Below the pieces are notes generated by a model. It did no database searches. It had not been told where the DNA came from and saw nothing but the letters and a program-made list of their open reading frames with translations. Position numbers and translations under genes: made by a program. From contig CALJRW010000023.1 in assembly GCA_937976335.1 (NCBI GenBank), positions 511 to 64,510 on the forward strand: 64,000 bases of DNA, given 5' to 3'. Origin of the DNA: an uncultured bacterium (lineage in GTDB: Bacteria; Bdellovibrionota_C; UBA2361; CALJRW01). Below, in pieces: positions 1-8,804 of the stretch; the stretch's first letter is position 1; every line of letters begins with the position of its first letter.

Positions 1-47
1 AACTTAAAATTTGTAGGTGTATTTAGGGTTATATAAGAGGTTTTAAA

Positions 48-1352
48 ATGTCAAAAGGTATTTCAGGAAAAGATAAGTTGCAATGTTCGTTCTGTGGAAA
101 GAACCAAACTGAGGTTAGGAAGTTAGTTGCTGGACCTGAAGTCTATATATGTGATGAGTGTATCGATTTATGTAACGATATTCTTACCGATACAAAAGTT
201 AAATCAAATAGTACGAGTGAAGAATTCTTTCGAGTGCCAGCACCGAAAGAAATAATGGAGCACTTAAACGAATACATAATTGGCCAAGATCATGCTAAAA
301 AAGTCTTGTCTGTTGCTGTGCATAATCATTATAAGCGAATTCAAAGTAACGATGTAGTAGATGCAGATATAGAGCTTCAAAAATCAAATATCATGCTTCT
401 TGGACCAACAGGTTCTGGAAAAACATTGTTGGCTCAAACGCTTGCAAAAGTTTTAGACGTTCCTTTTACTATTGCTGATGCGACAAGCCTTACTGAAGCT
501 GGATATGTTGGTGAGGATGTAGAAAATATAATTGTAAATTTACTTCAAGCTGCAGATTATGATGTTGAGAAAGCGCAAAGAGGAATTGTTTATATTGATG
601 AGATAGATAAAATTTCAAGAAAAACAGATACACCCTCTGTAACTAGAGATGTTTCCGGTGAAGGTGTTCAGCAAGCATTGTTAAAACTAATGGAAGGTAC
701 CACTGCAAATGTACCTCCTAAAGGAGGAAGAAAGCATCCTCAACAAGAGTTTATTCAAATTGATACTACAAATGTTCTATTTATTATTGGTGGCGCCTTT
801 GCTGGTATTGAAAAACTCATCGAAGCTAGAATGGGAGAAAAGGGCTTAGGCTTTGGAACTAAAGTTGAAACACAAAAAGAAAAAGAAGCTATAACTTTAG
901 AGTCATTAGAGAATGAAGATCTTTTGCAGTTTGGAATGATTCCAGAGTTTATCGGTAGGGTTCCAGTTATTGCGACTCTTAAGCAATTAGATAACTCAGC
1001 TCTAATTGAGATTTTAACTGCACCTAAAAATGCTTTAACTAAGCAATACAAAGCATTGTTTGATATGACGGGAGTTAAACTAAGTTTTACAGAAAATGCT
1101 TTATTAGAAATTTCAAATAAGGCTATTGAAAGAAAAACAGGAGCTAGAGGGCTTCGTTCTATTATTGAAAAAGTATTGCTTGATGTAATGTATAACATTC
1201 CTAGCGAATCAAATATTGAAGAAGTTATAGTGACTGCTGAATCTGTGATTGATGGGGTTAGCCCTATGATTGTTGTTGCAAAAGATAAGAGAGAATCTGA
1301 AGCTACTGAAAATGAAATTGATGATTCAGAAGATAGTATTGCTAATTTTTAA
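48..1352 (+). CDS. clpX: ATP-dependent Clp protease ATP-binding subunit ClpX
   Basis: 434-aa ORF. N-terminal C4 zinc module (CSFCGK...CDEC), Walker [17 protein letters not shown], Walker [17 protein letters not shown] pore loop. Purine-rich SD (AAGAGG) just upstream of the ATG. Confidence 0.96.
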   Translation: MSKGISGKDKLQCSFCGKNQTEVRKLVAGPEVYICDECIDLCNDILTDTKVKSNSTSEEFFRVPAPKEIMEHLNEYIIGQDHAKKVLSVAVHNHYKRIQSNDVVDADIELQKSNIMLLGPTGSGKTLLAQTLAKVLDVPFTIADATSLTEAGYVGEDVENIIVNLLQAADYDVEKAQRGIVYIDEIDKISRKTDTPSVTRDVSGEGVQQALLKLMEGTTANVPPKGGRKHPQQEFIQIDTTNVLFIIGGAFAGIEKLIEARMGEKGLGFGTKVETQKEKEAITLESLENEDLLQFGMIPEFIGRVPVIATLKQLDNSALIEILTAPKNALTKQYKALFDMTGVKLSFTENALLEISNKAIERKTGARGLRSIIEKVLLDVMYNIPSESNIEEVIVTAESVIDGVSPMIVVAKDKRESEATENEIDDSEDSIANF

Positions 1353-1480
1353 AATAATTTGTATCAATAAGGCTAATTTTTGAGTAAACTAACATGTGGC
1401 AAGGTTTATGGAATTCTAGATCTTCGTCAATTACCACCTATCAACCTTGATAATTGATAAGAAGTTCTAAACTAAGATTT

Positions 1481-2194
1481 TTATTTATTTAGAATAATAA
1501 CTTCAACTCGTCGATTTCTTTGTCTTCCATCTGAAGTTCTATTAGTAGCAATAGGATCTGATTCCCCATAACCATGAGCTCCGATTCTTCTTCTGGATAC
1601 TCCTGTCGCAACTAATTCATCAGCTACAGCATAGGCTCTTCTTTCAGAAAGACCTTGATTGTATTCCATGGTACCAGTTGAGTCAGTGTGTCCTTCAACT
1701 GCAATTCTTCTTTCAGGATATTGTTTAATAACATTTGCAATTTCAGAAACATTAAAAATAGCATCTTTTCTTAAGCTATACTTATCGTAGTCAAATAAAA
1801 CATCAGGAAGATTAACTATTACACCCCGGTCAGTGCCTCTAACGTCAGCTCCTCTTCTTCTGAGTTCGCTAATGATTCTCCTGTTTTCTTCAATTTCTTG
1901 CTGTTGTCTATTGAGTTGTAATTCCCTTTGATCTATTTGTTTTTCATTAGCTTCTATTCTATTTCCAAGTAAGCCGCCTGCTAATGCCCCCGCAGCAGAA
2001 CCAATAGCAACTCCAGCACCTGATTTTCCAGAGCGATGTCCAATGATAGCACCCAGTCCAGCACCTAAAACTGTTCCCGCAACTGCAGTTTGTTCGGTTT
2101 TACCAAATTTTCCCGATTGGCATGCCGCAAATAAAAGACAGACAATCGGGAAGAAAAAAAGTTTTTTCATTGTTTGGCTCATTGTTTGGCTCAT
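1481..2194 (-). CDS. OmpA-family lipoprotein (glycine-zipper N-domain, coiled coil, OmpA C-terminal peptidoglycan-binding domain)
   Basis: Signal peptide with lipobox LFAAC. Gly-zipper GAGLGAIIGHRSGKSGAGVAIGSAAGALAGGLLG. OmpA_C motifs NLPDVLFDYDKYSL, EGHTDSTG, LSERRA, NRRVEV. Three in-frame ATGs lie 12 nt apart (2194, 2182, 2170), so the true start is uncertain. Confidence 0.85.
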   Translation of the reverse strand: MSQTMSQTMKKLFFFPIVCLLFAACQSGKFGKTEQTAVAGTVLGAGLGAIIGHRSGKSGAGVAIGSAAGALAGGLLGNRIEANEKQIDQRELQLNRQQQEIEENRRIISELRRRGADVRGTDRGVIVNLPDVLFDYDKYSLRKDAIFNVSEIANVIKQYPERRIAVEGHTDSTGTMEYNQGLSERRAYAVADELVATGVSRRRIGAHGYGESDPIATNRTSDGRQRNRRVEVIILNK

Positions 2195-2248
2195 TTTTTA
2201 AAATATTTAACTTTCTCCCCTGCAAAATATACAGCGGGATAAGTTTAA

Positions 2249-3292
2249 TTACCTTAGAATAGCTAAGTTTCTTGAAGCTGAAGAATAATTAGGATCTATC
2301 TTAAGTGCCTCTTCAAATTCAAACATAGCATCTTCATCTCTGTTTAAGCTAAGATAAATTTCACCTAAGCCATTATGGTAGCTAGGGTTTTCTGGGCATA
2401 ACCTTAAAGCTCTTCTTTGATGGTATAACTTATCAGCAACATCACTTGAGGCATTTGCGTTTGCAATTTCTTTTTCAGCGCTTTGGCAATCAGAAGAATC
2501 AGAATTAAAAGTATAGCTTGATGTTGTTTTTGTTGGTGCAACATATGCTTGAGTATTATCTATAATCGTAGTCTCTTGATGAGTATCAGGAATAATTATT
2601 CTTGATTCAGTAAAAGTATTGCTAGGCTCAACATAGGTAGGTTCTACGTAAGTACTTTCAGTGACAGTTGATTCTGTATAAGTAGGTTCAGAATATGTAG
2701 TAGTTACTCTATTACCATTATTTTTCCAAATATTATGTTTGCTTAACCAGCTTTCTCCGTTTGTTCTGGTGTTAGTATTTCCATGATTATTGTAAGTGTA
2801 ACGTTGGTTAGTAGTATCTACATAAGTATTCTCAGTATTATGAGAATATGAATCAGGAGTTCCGTTGACCCTATTATGATAGGAATTCTCATAAAGATGT
2901 TTTAATGTAATACCATCGTTTTCTCTGTAATTTGAGTTATTGTGACGATAAGAGTTGTCTTCTCTTCTTTGCCTTAATTCTTGAATTTCATATTTTTGAC
3001 TATCAATTTGTCTAGTATTATTAGAAATTCTTGCATCATGAGACGCCATTTGTTGTTGATTGTTATTTTTTTCTATTGCATTCCCAATTAAAGCTCCAGT
3101 TCCAGATCCAGCTAAAGCACCAATTACTAACCCTGCTCCAGCATCTCCAGTTTGGCTTCCAATAATTGCTCCAAGACCTGCACCTATTGCACCACCTGCT
3201 GCAGTTGATTGTTCAGTCATTGTGTAGTTTTGAGTACAAGATGATGCTAACAAAGTAAAAACGCATATTAAACAAAAATAACACTTCTTCAT
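2249..3292 (-). CDS. Lipoprotein with glycine-zipper N-domain, N/T/Y-rich low-complexity middle and C-terminal TPR-like repeat
   Basis: Lipobox LLASSC. Gly-zipper AAGGAIGAGLGAIIGSQTGDAGAGLVIGALAGSGTGALIG, paralogous to the downstream OmpA lipoprotein. Degenerate repeats TYSEPTYTESTVTESTYVEPTYVEP. TPR-like end GLGEIYLSLNRDEDAMFEFEEALKIDPNY. Confidence 0.65.
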   Translation of the reverse strand: MKKCYFCLICVFTLLASSCTQNYTMTEQSTAAGGAIGAGLGAIIGSQTGDAGAGLVIGALAGSGTGALIGNAIEKNNNQQQMASHDARISNNTRQIDSQKYEIQELRQRREDNSYRHNNSNYRENDGITLKHLYENSYHNRVNGTPDSYSHNTENTYVDTTNQRYTYNNHGNTNTRTNGESWLSKHNIWKNNGNRVTTTYSEPTYTESTVTESTYVEPTYVEPSNTFTESRIIIPDTHQETTIIDNTQAYVAPTKTTSSYTFNSDSSDCQSAEKEIANANASSDVADKLYHQRRALRLCPENPSYHNGLGEIYLSLNRDEDAMFEFEEALKIDPNYSSASRNLAILR

Positions 3293-3319
3293 TTTTTTTC
3301 TCCTAAAATCTTTTAAAAA

Positions 3320-3541
3320 TTATTTTTTTTCAAACTTTTCTAAATAGTCATTATAGTACTTCTGTCTTTTTAAGTTCTGAATTTCACGCTCTTGACGTTT
3401 CTTCTCAAGTTCTTGCCTTCTTAACAACTCTTCCTGTTCAGCTAATTGCTTTTGGTAGTCGTCACTTCCAGCAAATAGCGAGCATGAACTTACAGTAAAA
3501 GTTAAAATTAGAGCAAAAGTTAAAAATATTGTTTTAGACAT
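3320..3541 (-). CDS. Small coiled-coil lipoprotein (hypothetical)
   Basis: 73 aa. Signal peptide plus lipobox TVSSC, then a charged heptad-like QELEKKRQEREIQNLKRQK segment. First gene of a three-lipoprotein string on the minus strand. Confidence 0.45.
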   Translation of the reverse strand: MSKTIFLTFALILTFTVSSCSLFAGSDDYQKQLAEQEELLRRQELEKKRQEREIQNLKRQKYYNDYLEKFEKK

Positions 3542-4005
3542 AGTATTTGGAAAGTTTACAATAAGTTAGGTATTACCAAAAGTAGGAAAAGATTGCTTGC
3601 TAGTATTATTACGAATTGCTTAAATTTAACTGAATAAAATTAGTTGGAGAGATTTGGGTTTACATAGTTAGTGATGTGAGTTTTTTTTAACTTAAGTAAT
3701 TCACTTTAAATTGTTGATATTATTTAAGTATTTTAAGTACGGTAATATATATTATTTATGAAAACTAACTGGCGAAATATTTTAAATCAAAATTTTGCTA
3801 CAAAAAAATTTAACACTTTTGATAGAGAATTTAAAAAGAGAGCTCCAATGTGTTCTCTGACTTAGATAAAAAACTCAAGAAACTCTACATCTCCATAATC
3901 CTGGGTCACTAAGAAAAACAGTAAATACTTCAGAAGCTTAAATCTTACTTTCTTGATTAAATTACCTAACTTTATAACTTTACATTCTTAAGTTAAGCTA
4001 AACTT

Positions 4006-5625
4006 GTGTTAACACTTTTCTTTTCTTACGTCTCTATTTTCTTAACTGCTATTCTAAGCATTTTCGCCTCAAGCGGAATTTTAAGGACTTATTTACATAT
4101 TTCTTGGAGTTTAAGTTTAGTAATATCTTTATTAGCCTTTTTAATTAGCTACGCTGTACTTAAATCTAAAATATCCTTACCCAAAGTTACCAAAAAGCAA
4201 GTTGTAATATTAATATTGATAGAGCTGATTTTATTTGGTTTTTACATTTATAAAAATGACTTCGGCATTGCAACTATTGGCAATTCAGATTCGGGACTTC
4301 ATTTACGATTTCTTAAGGCTTTTGAAAAAAGTAAATATGAAATATATCACGGATTTATTAATTTTTATTCTGTTTCAATCTGTTTGCGATCTCTTTTTTC
4401 TCTTAATTTTTATGATACTTTTATAGTTACTACTTATTTATGGTTTTTTCTAATTATTGCCATAGTTTATTTGTCTTCATCTATAATAATTAACACTGAA
4501 AATAAAAATGAATTTTTGCTGGTTTTACTCACGATTCTTGCAGGATTTTGTTTTTATTTTCCTCTCTATTTTGAATTTATAATACAAGGAGCTTTTGTTC
4601 ATGCTTCTGGAATACTAACTTTACTACTAGCAGCTGTAATTTATGCAATTCCTAAGAACCATATTTATAGAATTCTAGGCTTATTAATTGGAGTTTTTGC
4701 ACTCCGTCATTCTTATGGTCTTAATATTGGAGACATAGTTCTTACTTCGGCTATTGTGCTCTTATTTGATAAGCCTGCAAAAGTAAATCAAAATATTTGT
4801 ACTGTAATTTTGATTATACTTTCATTTTTTTCTTATTATACAATTTGGAGTATTATTAATAAAAATGGAGTTTTTACTAAAACACATATTTACTTTATTT
4901 GGTTGGGTTTAACTACAGGAGCTTTTAGTTTTATAAGTTTTATAAAAGACAACAAAAAATTATCGATAAAAAAATCTTCTCTATCACGCTTGCTATTATA
5001 TACCTCAGTAATTTCAATTATAACTGTTTTGGCACAGATTTTTTACTTATTAGCAGGAGCACGATTTAAGTATTACGATTTAAAGTATCCTATTTATGCC
5101 TCATTTTTATGTATTTCAGTATCAACAGGGCTTTTGTTTTTGCTCTTGTCCTCTAAAAAATACTTCTCAAAAATTACTTTTGGACTCTTAGTATCTTTAA
5201 TGTTTTTTGTATATGGATATTCTCCTTATTATAAAGATGTTTATAAAAGAAGATTAAGAAGTTTGGTAAATAAATCTGAATATTATGCAATTGAAGAAAT
5301 ACTTAAAGCAAAAGAGAAAAAATTTGGTGGTTATATTTCTGGTTTTTGGGCGACTTATAAATTTATGAACACTTCTTTTGGTGGATATAATTCTTATAAA
5401 ACCTTTAAAAATGGAAAGATAAAATACGAACCTGGATATTGCATATTTTGGCCGGGAGGTTTAGAGGCTTATGAGCATTTAAAAGCTGTAATGAATCATA
5501 AGCAAAAAGGAAGTACGCATAGAGTTATAGATCATATCAGATTTGAGAGAACGCATGATAAGAATTTTAAGGCATTGAATATAGAGAGAGTAGTTGATTC
5601 AAAGTTGCAGTATTATTGTAAGTAA
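4006..5625 (+). CDS. Polytopic integral membrane protein, function unknown (possibly GT-C-like)
   Basis: 539-aa ORF with a GTG start. At least 10 hydrophobic segments followed by a soluble ~130-aa C-terminal domain. No catalytic motif recognised. Confidence 0.55.
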   Translation: MLTLFFSYVSIFLTAILSIFASSGILRTYLHISWSLSLVISLLAFLISYAVLKSKISLPKVTKKQVVILILIELILFGFYIYKNDFGIATIGNSDSGLHLRFLKAFEKSKYEIYHGFINFYSVSICLRSLFSLNFYDTFIVTTYLWFFLIIAIVYLSSSIIINTENKNEFLLVLLTILAGFCFYFPLYFEFIIQGAFVHASGILTLLLAAVIYAIPKNHIYRILGLLIGVFALRHSYGLNIGDIVLTSAIVLLFDKPAKVNQNICTVILIILSFFSYYTIWSIINKNGVFTKTHIYFIWLGLTTGAFSFISFIKDNKKLSIKKSSLSRLLLYTSVISIITVLAQIFYLLAGARFKYYDLKYPIYASFLCISVSTGLLFLLLSSKKYFSKITFGLLVSLMFFVYGYSPYYKDVYKRRLRSLVNKSEYYAIEEILKAKEKKFGGYISGFWATYKFMNTSFGGYNSYKTFKNGKIKYEPGYCIFWPGGLEAYEHLKAVMNHKQKGSTHRVIDHIRFERTHDKNFKALNIERVVDSKLQYYCK

Positions 5626-5650
5626 ATAAGTAAATACAAATGATTAGGAA

Positions 5651-5722
5651 TAAGTTAAGATTATATAGTTTTATGTTTGGAGAGATTCGCCACAGTAGGG
5701 CATCGACGAAAATGATTCTAGT
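5651..5722 (-). repeat. Relic sequence, copy A (decayed coding fragment, ...IIFVDALLWRISPNIKLYNLNL on the minus strand)
   Basis: A diverged second copy lies at 6876-6950 in the same orientation (minus-strand FIDALRWLISPNLNLKNL). The two copies sit on either side of the VapBC pair. Confidence 0.4.
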
Positions 5723-5811
5723 ATGTTCAAATTTTTTCTTTTTAGCAGCTTTTAGCATAACTAGTCTTACTAGATTGTAGACAATGAAGTAAGCAAGAAG
5801 TTCTTTCTTGA

Positions 5812-5968
5812 TGCCAGCAACATTTTTTGTTTATTTTGTTCTATTTTTTAGCGCGAGTAACATTCATCTTTTATTCTTAATTTTAAATTAATAATTTATG
5901 TGTATCGACAAAAATACTGAAAAGTTTCTTTATTTTTGAGATTACTTCTGAAGTAAATGTTGCTGGCA
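5812..5968. repeat. Perfect 14-bp inverted repeat pair (TGCCAGCAACATTT / AAATGTTGCTGGCA) separated by 129 bp
   Basis: Arm 5812-5825 is the exact reverse complement of arm 5955-5968. It lies in a 500-bp non-coding stretch and is followed by the tandem ATTTAGTTC-ATTTAGTTC (5971-5989). Confidence 0.5.
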
Positions 5969-6091
5969 CTATTTAGTTCTATTTAGTTCCTCCAGTTAGT
6001 CCCATCTTTTTTATTTTAAATGTTTTAGCACCTTAGCTTTTTCATAACGCTTTTTATCCTAAAATTCAGGTTTTTACAAAATAATCTAATA

Positions 6092-6120
6092 TTGACATAT
6101 AGTAATATATATAATATTAT
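6092..6120 (+). promoter_or_regulatory. Candidate sigma70-type promoter of the VapBC-1 operon (TTGACA, 17 nt, TATTAT)
   Basis: -35 TTGACA at 6092-6097 and -10 TATTAT at 6115-6120. The ATG at 6127 has no SD, and this spacing would give a leaderless or near-leaderless mRNA. Confidence 0.4.
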
Positions 6121-6126
6121 TATAAT

Positions 6127-6387
6127 ATGAAAAAAGAAAGAACAAGCATACTCTTACCAAAGCAACTTATGCTTAAATTAAGAAAAAAAGCTAAGGTTAA
6201 AAACCTTAGCTTAACAGCATTTATTGCACTCACACTTCAGGAAGGCTTGCGTTCATTAAACGAATCACAAACTCATATTTCTGCTTATAAATTTAACCCA
6301 CCAGTAGTTAAGGGTGATAGAGAGCCTAGTATAGATATAAGTAGTAGAGATTCTTTGTTCGAAGTTTTCGATAAAGATAGCAGTTAA
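6127..6387 (+). CDS. Ribbon-helix-helix type II antitoxin (VapB-like)
   Basis: 86 aa. N-terminal RHH-like TSILLPKQLMLKLRKKAKVKNLSLTAFIALTLQEGL. Its stop lies 1 nt before the ATG of the PIN gene. Confidence 0.6.
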   Translation: MKKERTSILLPKQLMLKLRKKAKVKNLSLTAFIALTLQEGLRSLNESQTHISAYKFNPPVVKGDREPSIDISSRDSLFEVFDKDSS

Positions 6388-6388
6388 T

Positions 6389-6829
6389 ATGAAAGGTGTG
6401 GATACTAACATATTAATTTATGCTCATAGAGCAGAAACAAAGCAACATAGAGATTCTCATTTTATACTAAAAGAACTTTCAGAGGGAGGTGATATTTGGG
6501 GAATTGCTTGGCCTAGTTTTTATGAATTTGTAAGAGTTGTTACTCATAGAAAAATTTTCCACCCTCCCTCAACATCTAAAGAAGCGTATAATTTTTTAAA
6601 TGATTTAGTAGTATGTCCAACACTCAGAATTTTAAGTCACGGTTCTGAACATTGGAAATCAATGAATCAAAATTTATTTCAAATTGGTGTAAAAGGTAAT
6701 TTAGTATTTGATTCTCAAATAGTAAGTATTTTTTTAGAAAATGGAATTTCTGAAGTTATCACCTATGATTCAGATTTTTATAGGTTTAGGGACATTAAAG
6801 TTAGCATTCCAGATGCTGATTGTCGTTAA
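6389..6829 (+). CDS. vapC: PIN-domain ribonuclease toxin (VapC family)
   Basis: 146 aa. N-terminal GVDTNILIYAH with the first acidic PIN residue, and a distal acidic residue in YDSDF. Tightly coupled to the upstream RHH gene. Confidence 0.75.
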   Translation: MKGVDTNILIYAHRAETKQHRDSHFILKELSEGGDIWGIAWPSFYEFVRVVTHRKIFHPPSTSKEAYNFLNDLVVCPTLRILSHGSEHWKSMNQNLFQIGVKGNLVFDSQIVSIFLENGISEVITYDSDFYRFRDIKVSIPDADCR

Positions 6830-6875
6830 ATTCGTTCATCTATTAAAAGAATGGCATTCACTTAAGCTCCTTTTC

Positions 6876-6950
6876 GCCCTTTAAGTTTTTGAGATTTAAG
6901 TTTGGTGAGATTAACCACCTGAGAGCATCAATGAACCTTTCATTCATGTA
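6876..6950 (-). repeat. Relic sequence, copy B (minus-strand IHYMNERFIDALRWLISPNLNLKNLKG, interrupted by stops)
   Basis: Similar at DNA and conceptual peptide level to copy A (5651-5722). Confidence 0.4.
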
Positions 6951-7122
6951 GTGAATCTTAAAACAGCAATGATTTAGGTAGTTTGAAATTTATGATTAAT
7001 ACTCTCACTTTAGTGATATAGGGGTCTATACAGGAGAAAAGACAGGTTTAACACTTCGACCTCAAGGTCCTAATGAACCTGGTTTTGTCTCTTCCGAAAC
7101 TATTGTCACAAACAAGCTCTAA

Positions 7123-7617
7123 CTAAATCTTTCTCTGACCTTGTCCAAAAATCATATGTCCTAATAAAAAACAAACCCCAACGCAAATAGCACTATCTGC
7201 AACGTTAAATGCTGGCCAGTGAAAATTTTTGTAGTAAACATCTAAAAAATCAATTACGTATCCTAGTCTGATTCGGTCTAAGATGTTTCCCAGAGCTCCA
7301 CCAAAAATAAAAGCAAGTGCCATTTGAGAATAGAACATACCTTTGTACTCTTTAATTAAAGCCGCACCTAAAAGAAAAAGAGCGATTGTTGTTAAAACTA
7401 CTAGGATTGCAATCCGCATTGTTTCAGAAAGGTCAGAAAGTAAGCCAAATGCGATTCCTTTGTTAAATCCAAGTGTTAAATTGAAAAAGCCTGGAACAAC
7501 CTCTAAAACTTCAGCAAATTTGAAGTTTTTTGCAATTTGTATTTTTGTAACTTGATCTAAGATAAAGATAATAAAAGATGTTATTAGAAAGTATTTTTTA
7601 TAAAAATTTTTTTTCAT
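7123..7617 (-). CDS. lspA: Lipoprotein signal peptidase (signal peptidase II)
   Basis: 164 aa, four TM segments. Conserved GGALGNILDR and FNVADSAICVG motifs. Confidence 0.92.
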   Translation of the reverse strand: MKKNFYKKYFLITSFIIFILDQVTKIQIAKNFKFAEVLEVVPGFFNLTLGFNKGIAFGLLSDLSETMRIAILVVLTTIALFLLGAALIKEYKGMFYSQMALAFIFGGALGNILDRIRLGYVIDFLDVYYKNFHWPAFNVADSAICVGVCFLLGHMIFGQGQRKI

Positions 7618-8804
7618 AAGTTTGTAATTTTTAAATTATTCTTATCTGCTAATACTAATTTATCATTATGACAAACGATAGGGCCTACTTTCCTAAACTT
7701 TTTTTCTCCCAGAAGTTTGATTTCTTTTTCGCCTTTTTTGTCTGGAGATATTTTCCATTTCTTTAAAAAACCATCTCTTCCAGTTGAATAAAACTCTTTT
7801 TCTTTTCCGCACGCGAGTATTTGATAAATTAAACTAGCATGTGCTTGAGCTTCAGTTGTTTTTGTAAATCCACGAATTTTCCATATTTCAATTGTTCCAT
7901 CTGTTCGAGATAGCGCAATATCGTTATTTATTTGACTCATTGATTCTATTCCAAGAGAAAGTTTGTTTTTTGCCGTATATCTTTGAGATTTATCTAAAAA
8001 GATATTTGTGAAAGATTTATTTTTGTCATATTTTCCGTAATTCGGATCATGAGCGTAAGATGCCCATGCGCTGAAAACTCCATTTTCGTCACCACTAAAA
8101 AATACCTTTCCAGTTTTAAGATAGATAACAGAGTTAACAATTGACGCGTGGCCCGGGTAATGTTCTAGAGATGGTTTTTTAAATTCCGTTTTTTTTGAAA
8201 ATAACCAACGATATATATTTCCGTTTGCAGTTCCAATGACTAGAGAGTCGTTTTGAGGTTCGAAGCTTAAGCTAGCTACTTGTGCTTTGATTCTTGTTTG
8301 TTGGTGGAGTTCTTTTCTTAAGGAAAGAGAGAAAATAGAAATTTTGCCTGCTGTTGCAATGGCTAAAAGGTCATTTTTGAGATCTGATGCATAGATTCTC
8401 TTACTAATTGATAATATATACTCTGAGCGACTTTTGCTGTCAGCCCATCTTAATACCTGCCCAGATTGATTTAAACCTACTATTCCTTGAGTTTTAGAAG
8501 AAAAAAGATTTAAAATCAGTGAGTTATCAGGGTTTTGATCTAAGTTTTTATCTAACTTCTGTTGACTTTGCTTTGAGCTAAAACTAGTATTCTTGATGTT
8601 GCTTGTAGTTTCGCCCTGATGAAGGGGGCTAGTGTCAACATTGATAGTTGATGGCTGATATATGCCACAACTACTAATAGTAATAATAAAAAATACCCTA
8701 AAAGCATTTGAGATGAATATTTTAAAAAGTATTTCTGAATAGCTATTTAAGGTTTGAAATTTATATTTTGTAATAACTGAGTAAGTTTTCATAATTTTAT
8801 TCAT
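7614..8804 (-). CDS. WD40/beta-propeller repeat protein, probable lipoprotein
   Basis: WD-like repeats (GHASIVNSVIY...SGDENGVFSAWA; DGTIEIWKI; GRDGFLKKWKI). Candidate lipobox ITISSCG. The ORF-track start at 8906 is TTG, so I chose the first ATG (8804), and the start remains uncertain. Its stop overlaps the lspA start by 4 nt. Confidence 0.6.
   Translation of the reverse strand: MNKIMKTYSVITKYKFQTLNSYSEILFKIFISNAFRVFFIITISSCGIYQPSTINVDTSPLHQGETTSNIKNTSFSSKQSQQKLDKNLDQNPDNSLILNLFSSKTQGIVGLNQSGQVLRWADSKSRSEYILSISKRIYASDLKNDLLAIATAGKISIFSLSLRKELHQQTRIKAQVASLSFEPQNDSLVIGTANGNIYRWLFSKKTEFKKPSLEHYPGHASIVNSVIYLKTGKVFFSGDENGVFSAWASYAHDPNYGKYDKNKSFTNIFLDKSQRYTAKNKLSLGIESMSQINNDIALSRTDGTIEIWKIRGFTKTTEAQAHASLIYQILACGKEKEFYSTGRDGFLKKWKISPDKKGEKEIKLLGEKKFRKVGPIVCHNDKLVLADKNNLKITNL

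Noticed and set aside
755-1198. A 147-aa ORF antisense to clpX. Similar antisense or shadow ORFs occur inside parC (11334-11537, 12741-13088), parE (13531-13800, 14290-14664), SulP (52491-52796, 52911-53138), the helicase (55506-55760), the P-loop gene (58371-58739) and other genes.
   Set aside because: Each lies fully inside a well-supported gene on the opposite strand and has low-complexity or serine/isoleucine-rich composition typical of shadow frames in AT-rich DNA. None has any motif.
3881-3900. A short motif GAAACTC(T/C)ACATCTC shared between 3884-3899 and the terminator stem at 27759-27774, with a weaker match near 21051.
   Set aside because: The match is only ~16 nt with mismatches, and the other loci have no associated hairpin. 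It is compatible with chance in AT-rich sequence.
5567-5758. A 63-aa minus-strand ORF.
   Set aside because: It overlaps the 3' end of the 4006-5625 gene and looks like a decayed fragment. It is treated as relic copy A rather than a live gene.
7021-7100. A possible tRNA or small structured RNA in the 6830-7122 spacer. A similar possibility was considered at 53700-53800, around the GAACCATGGTTC palindrome.
   Set aside because: No cloverleaf could be drawn. The T-loop GTTCGAATC-type and D-loop consensus are absent. These look like decayed coding or spacer DNA.
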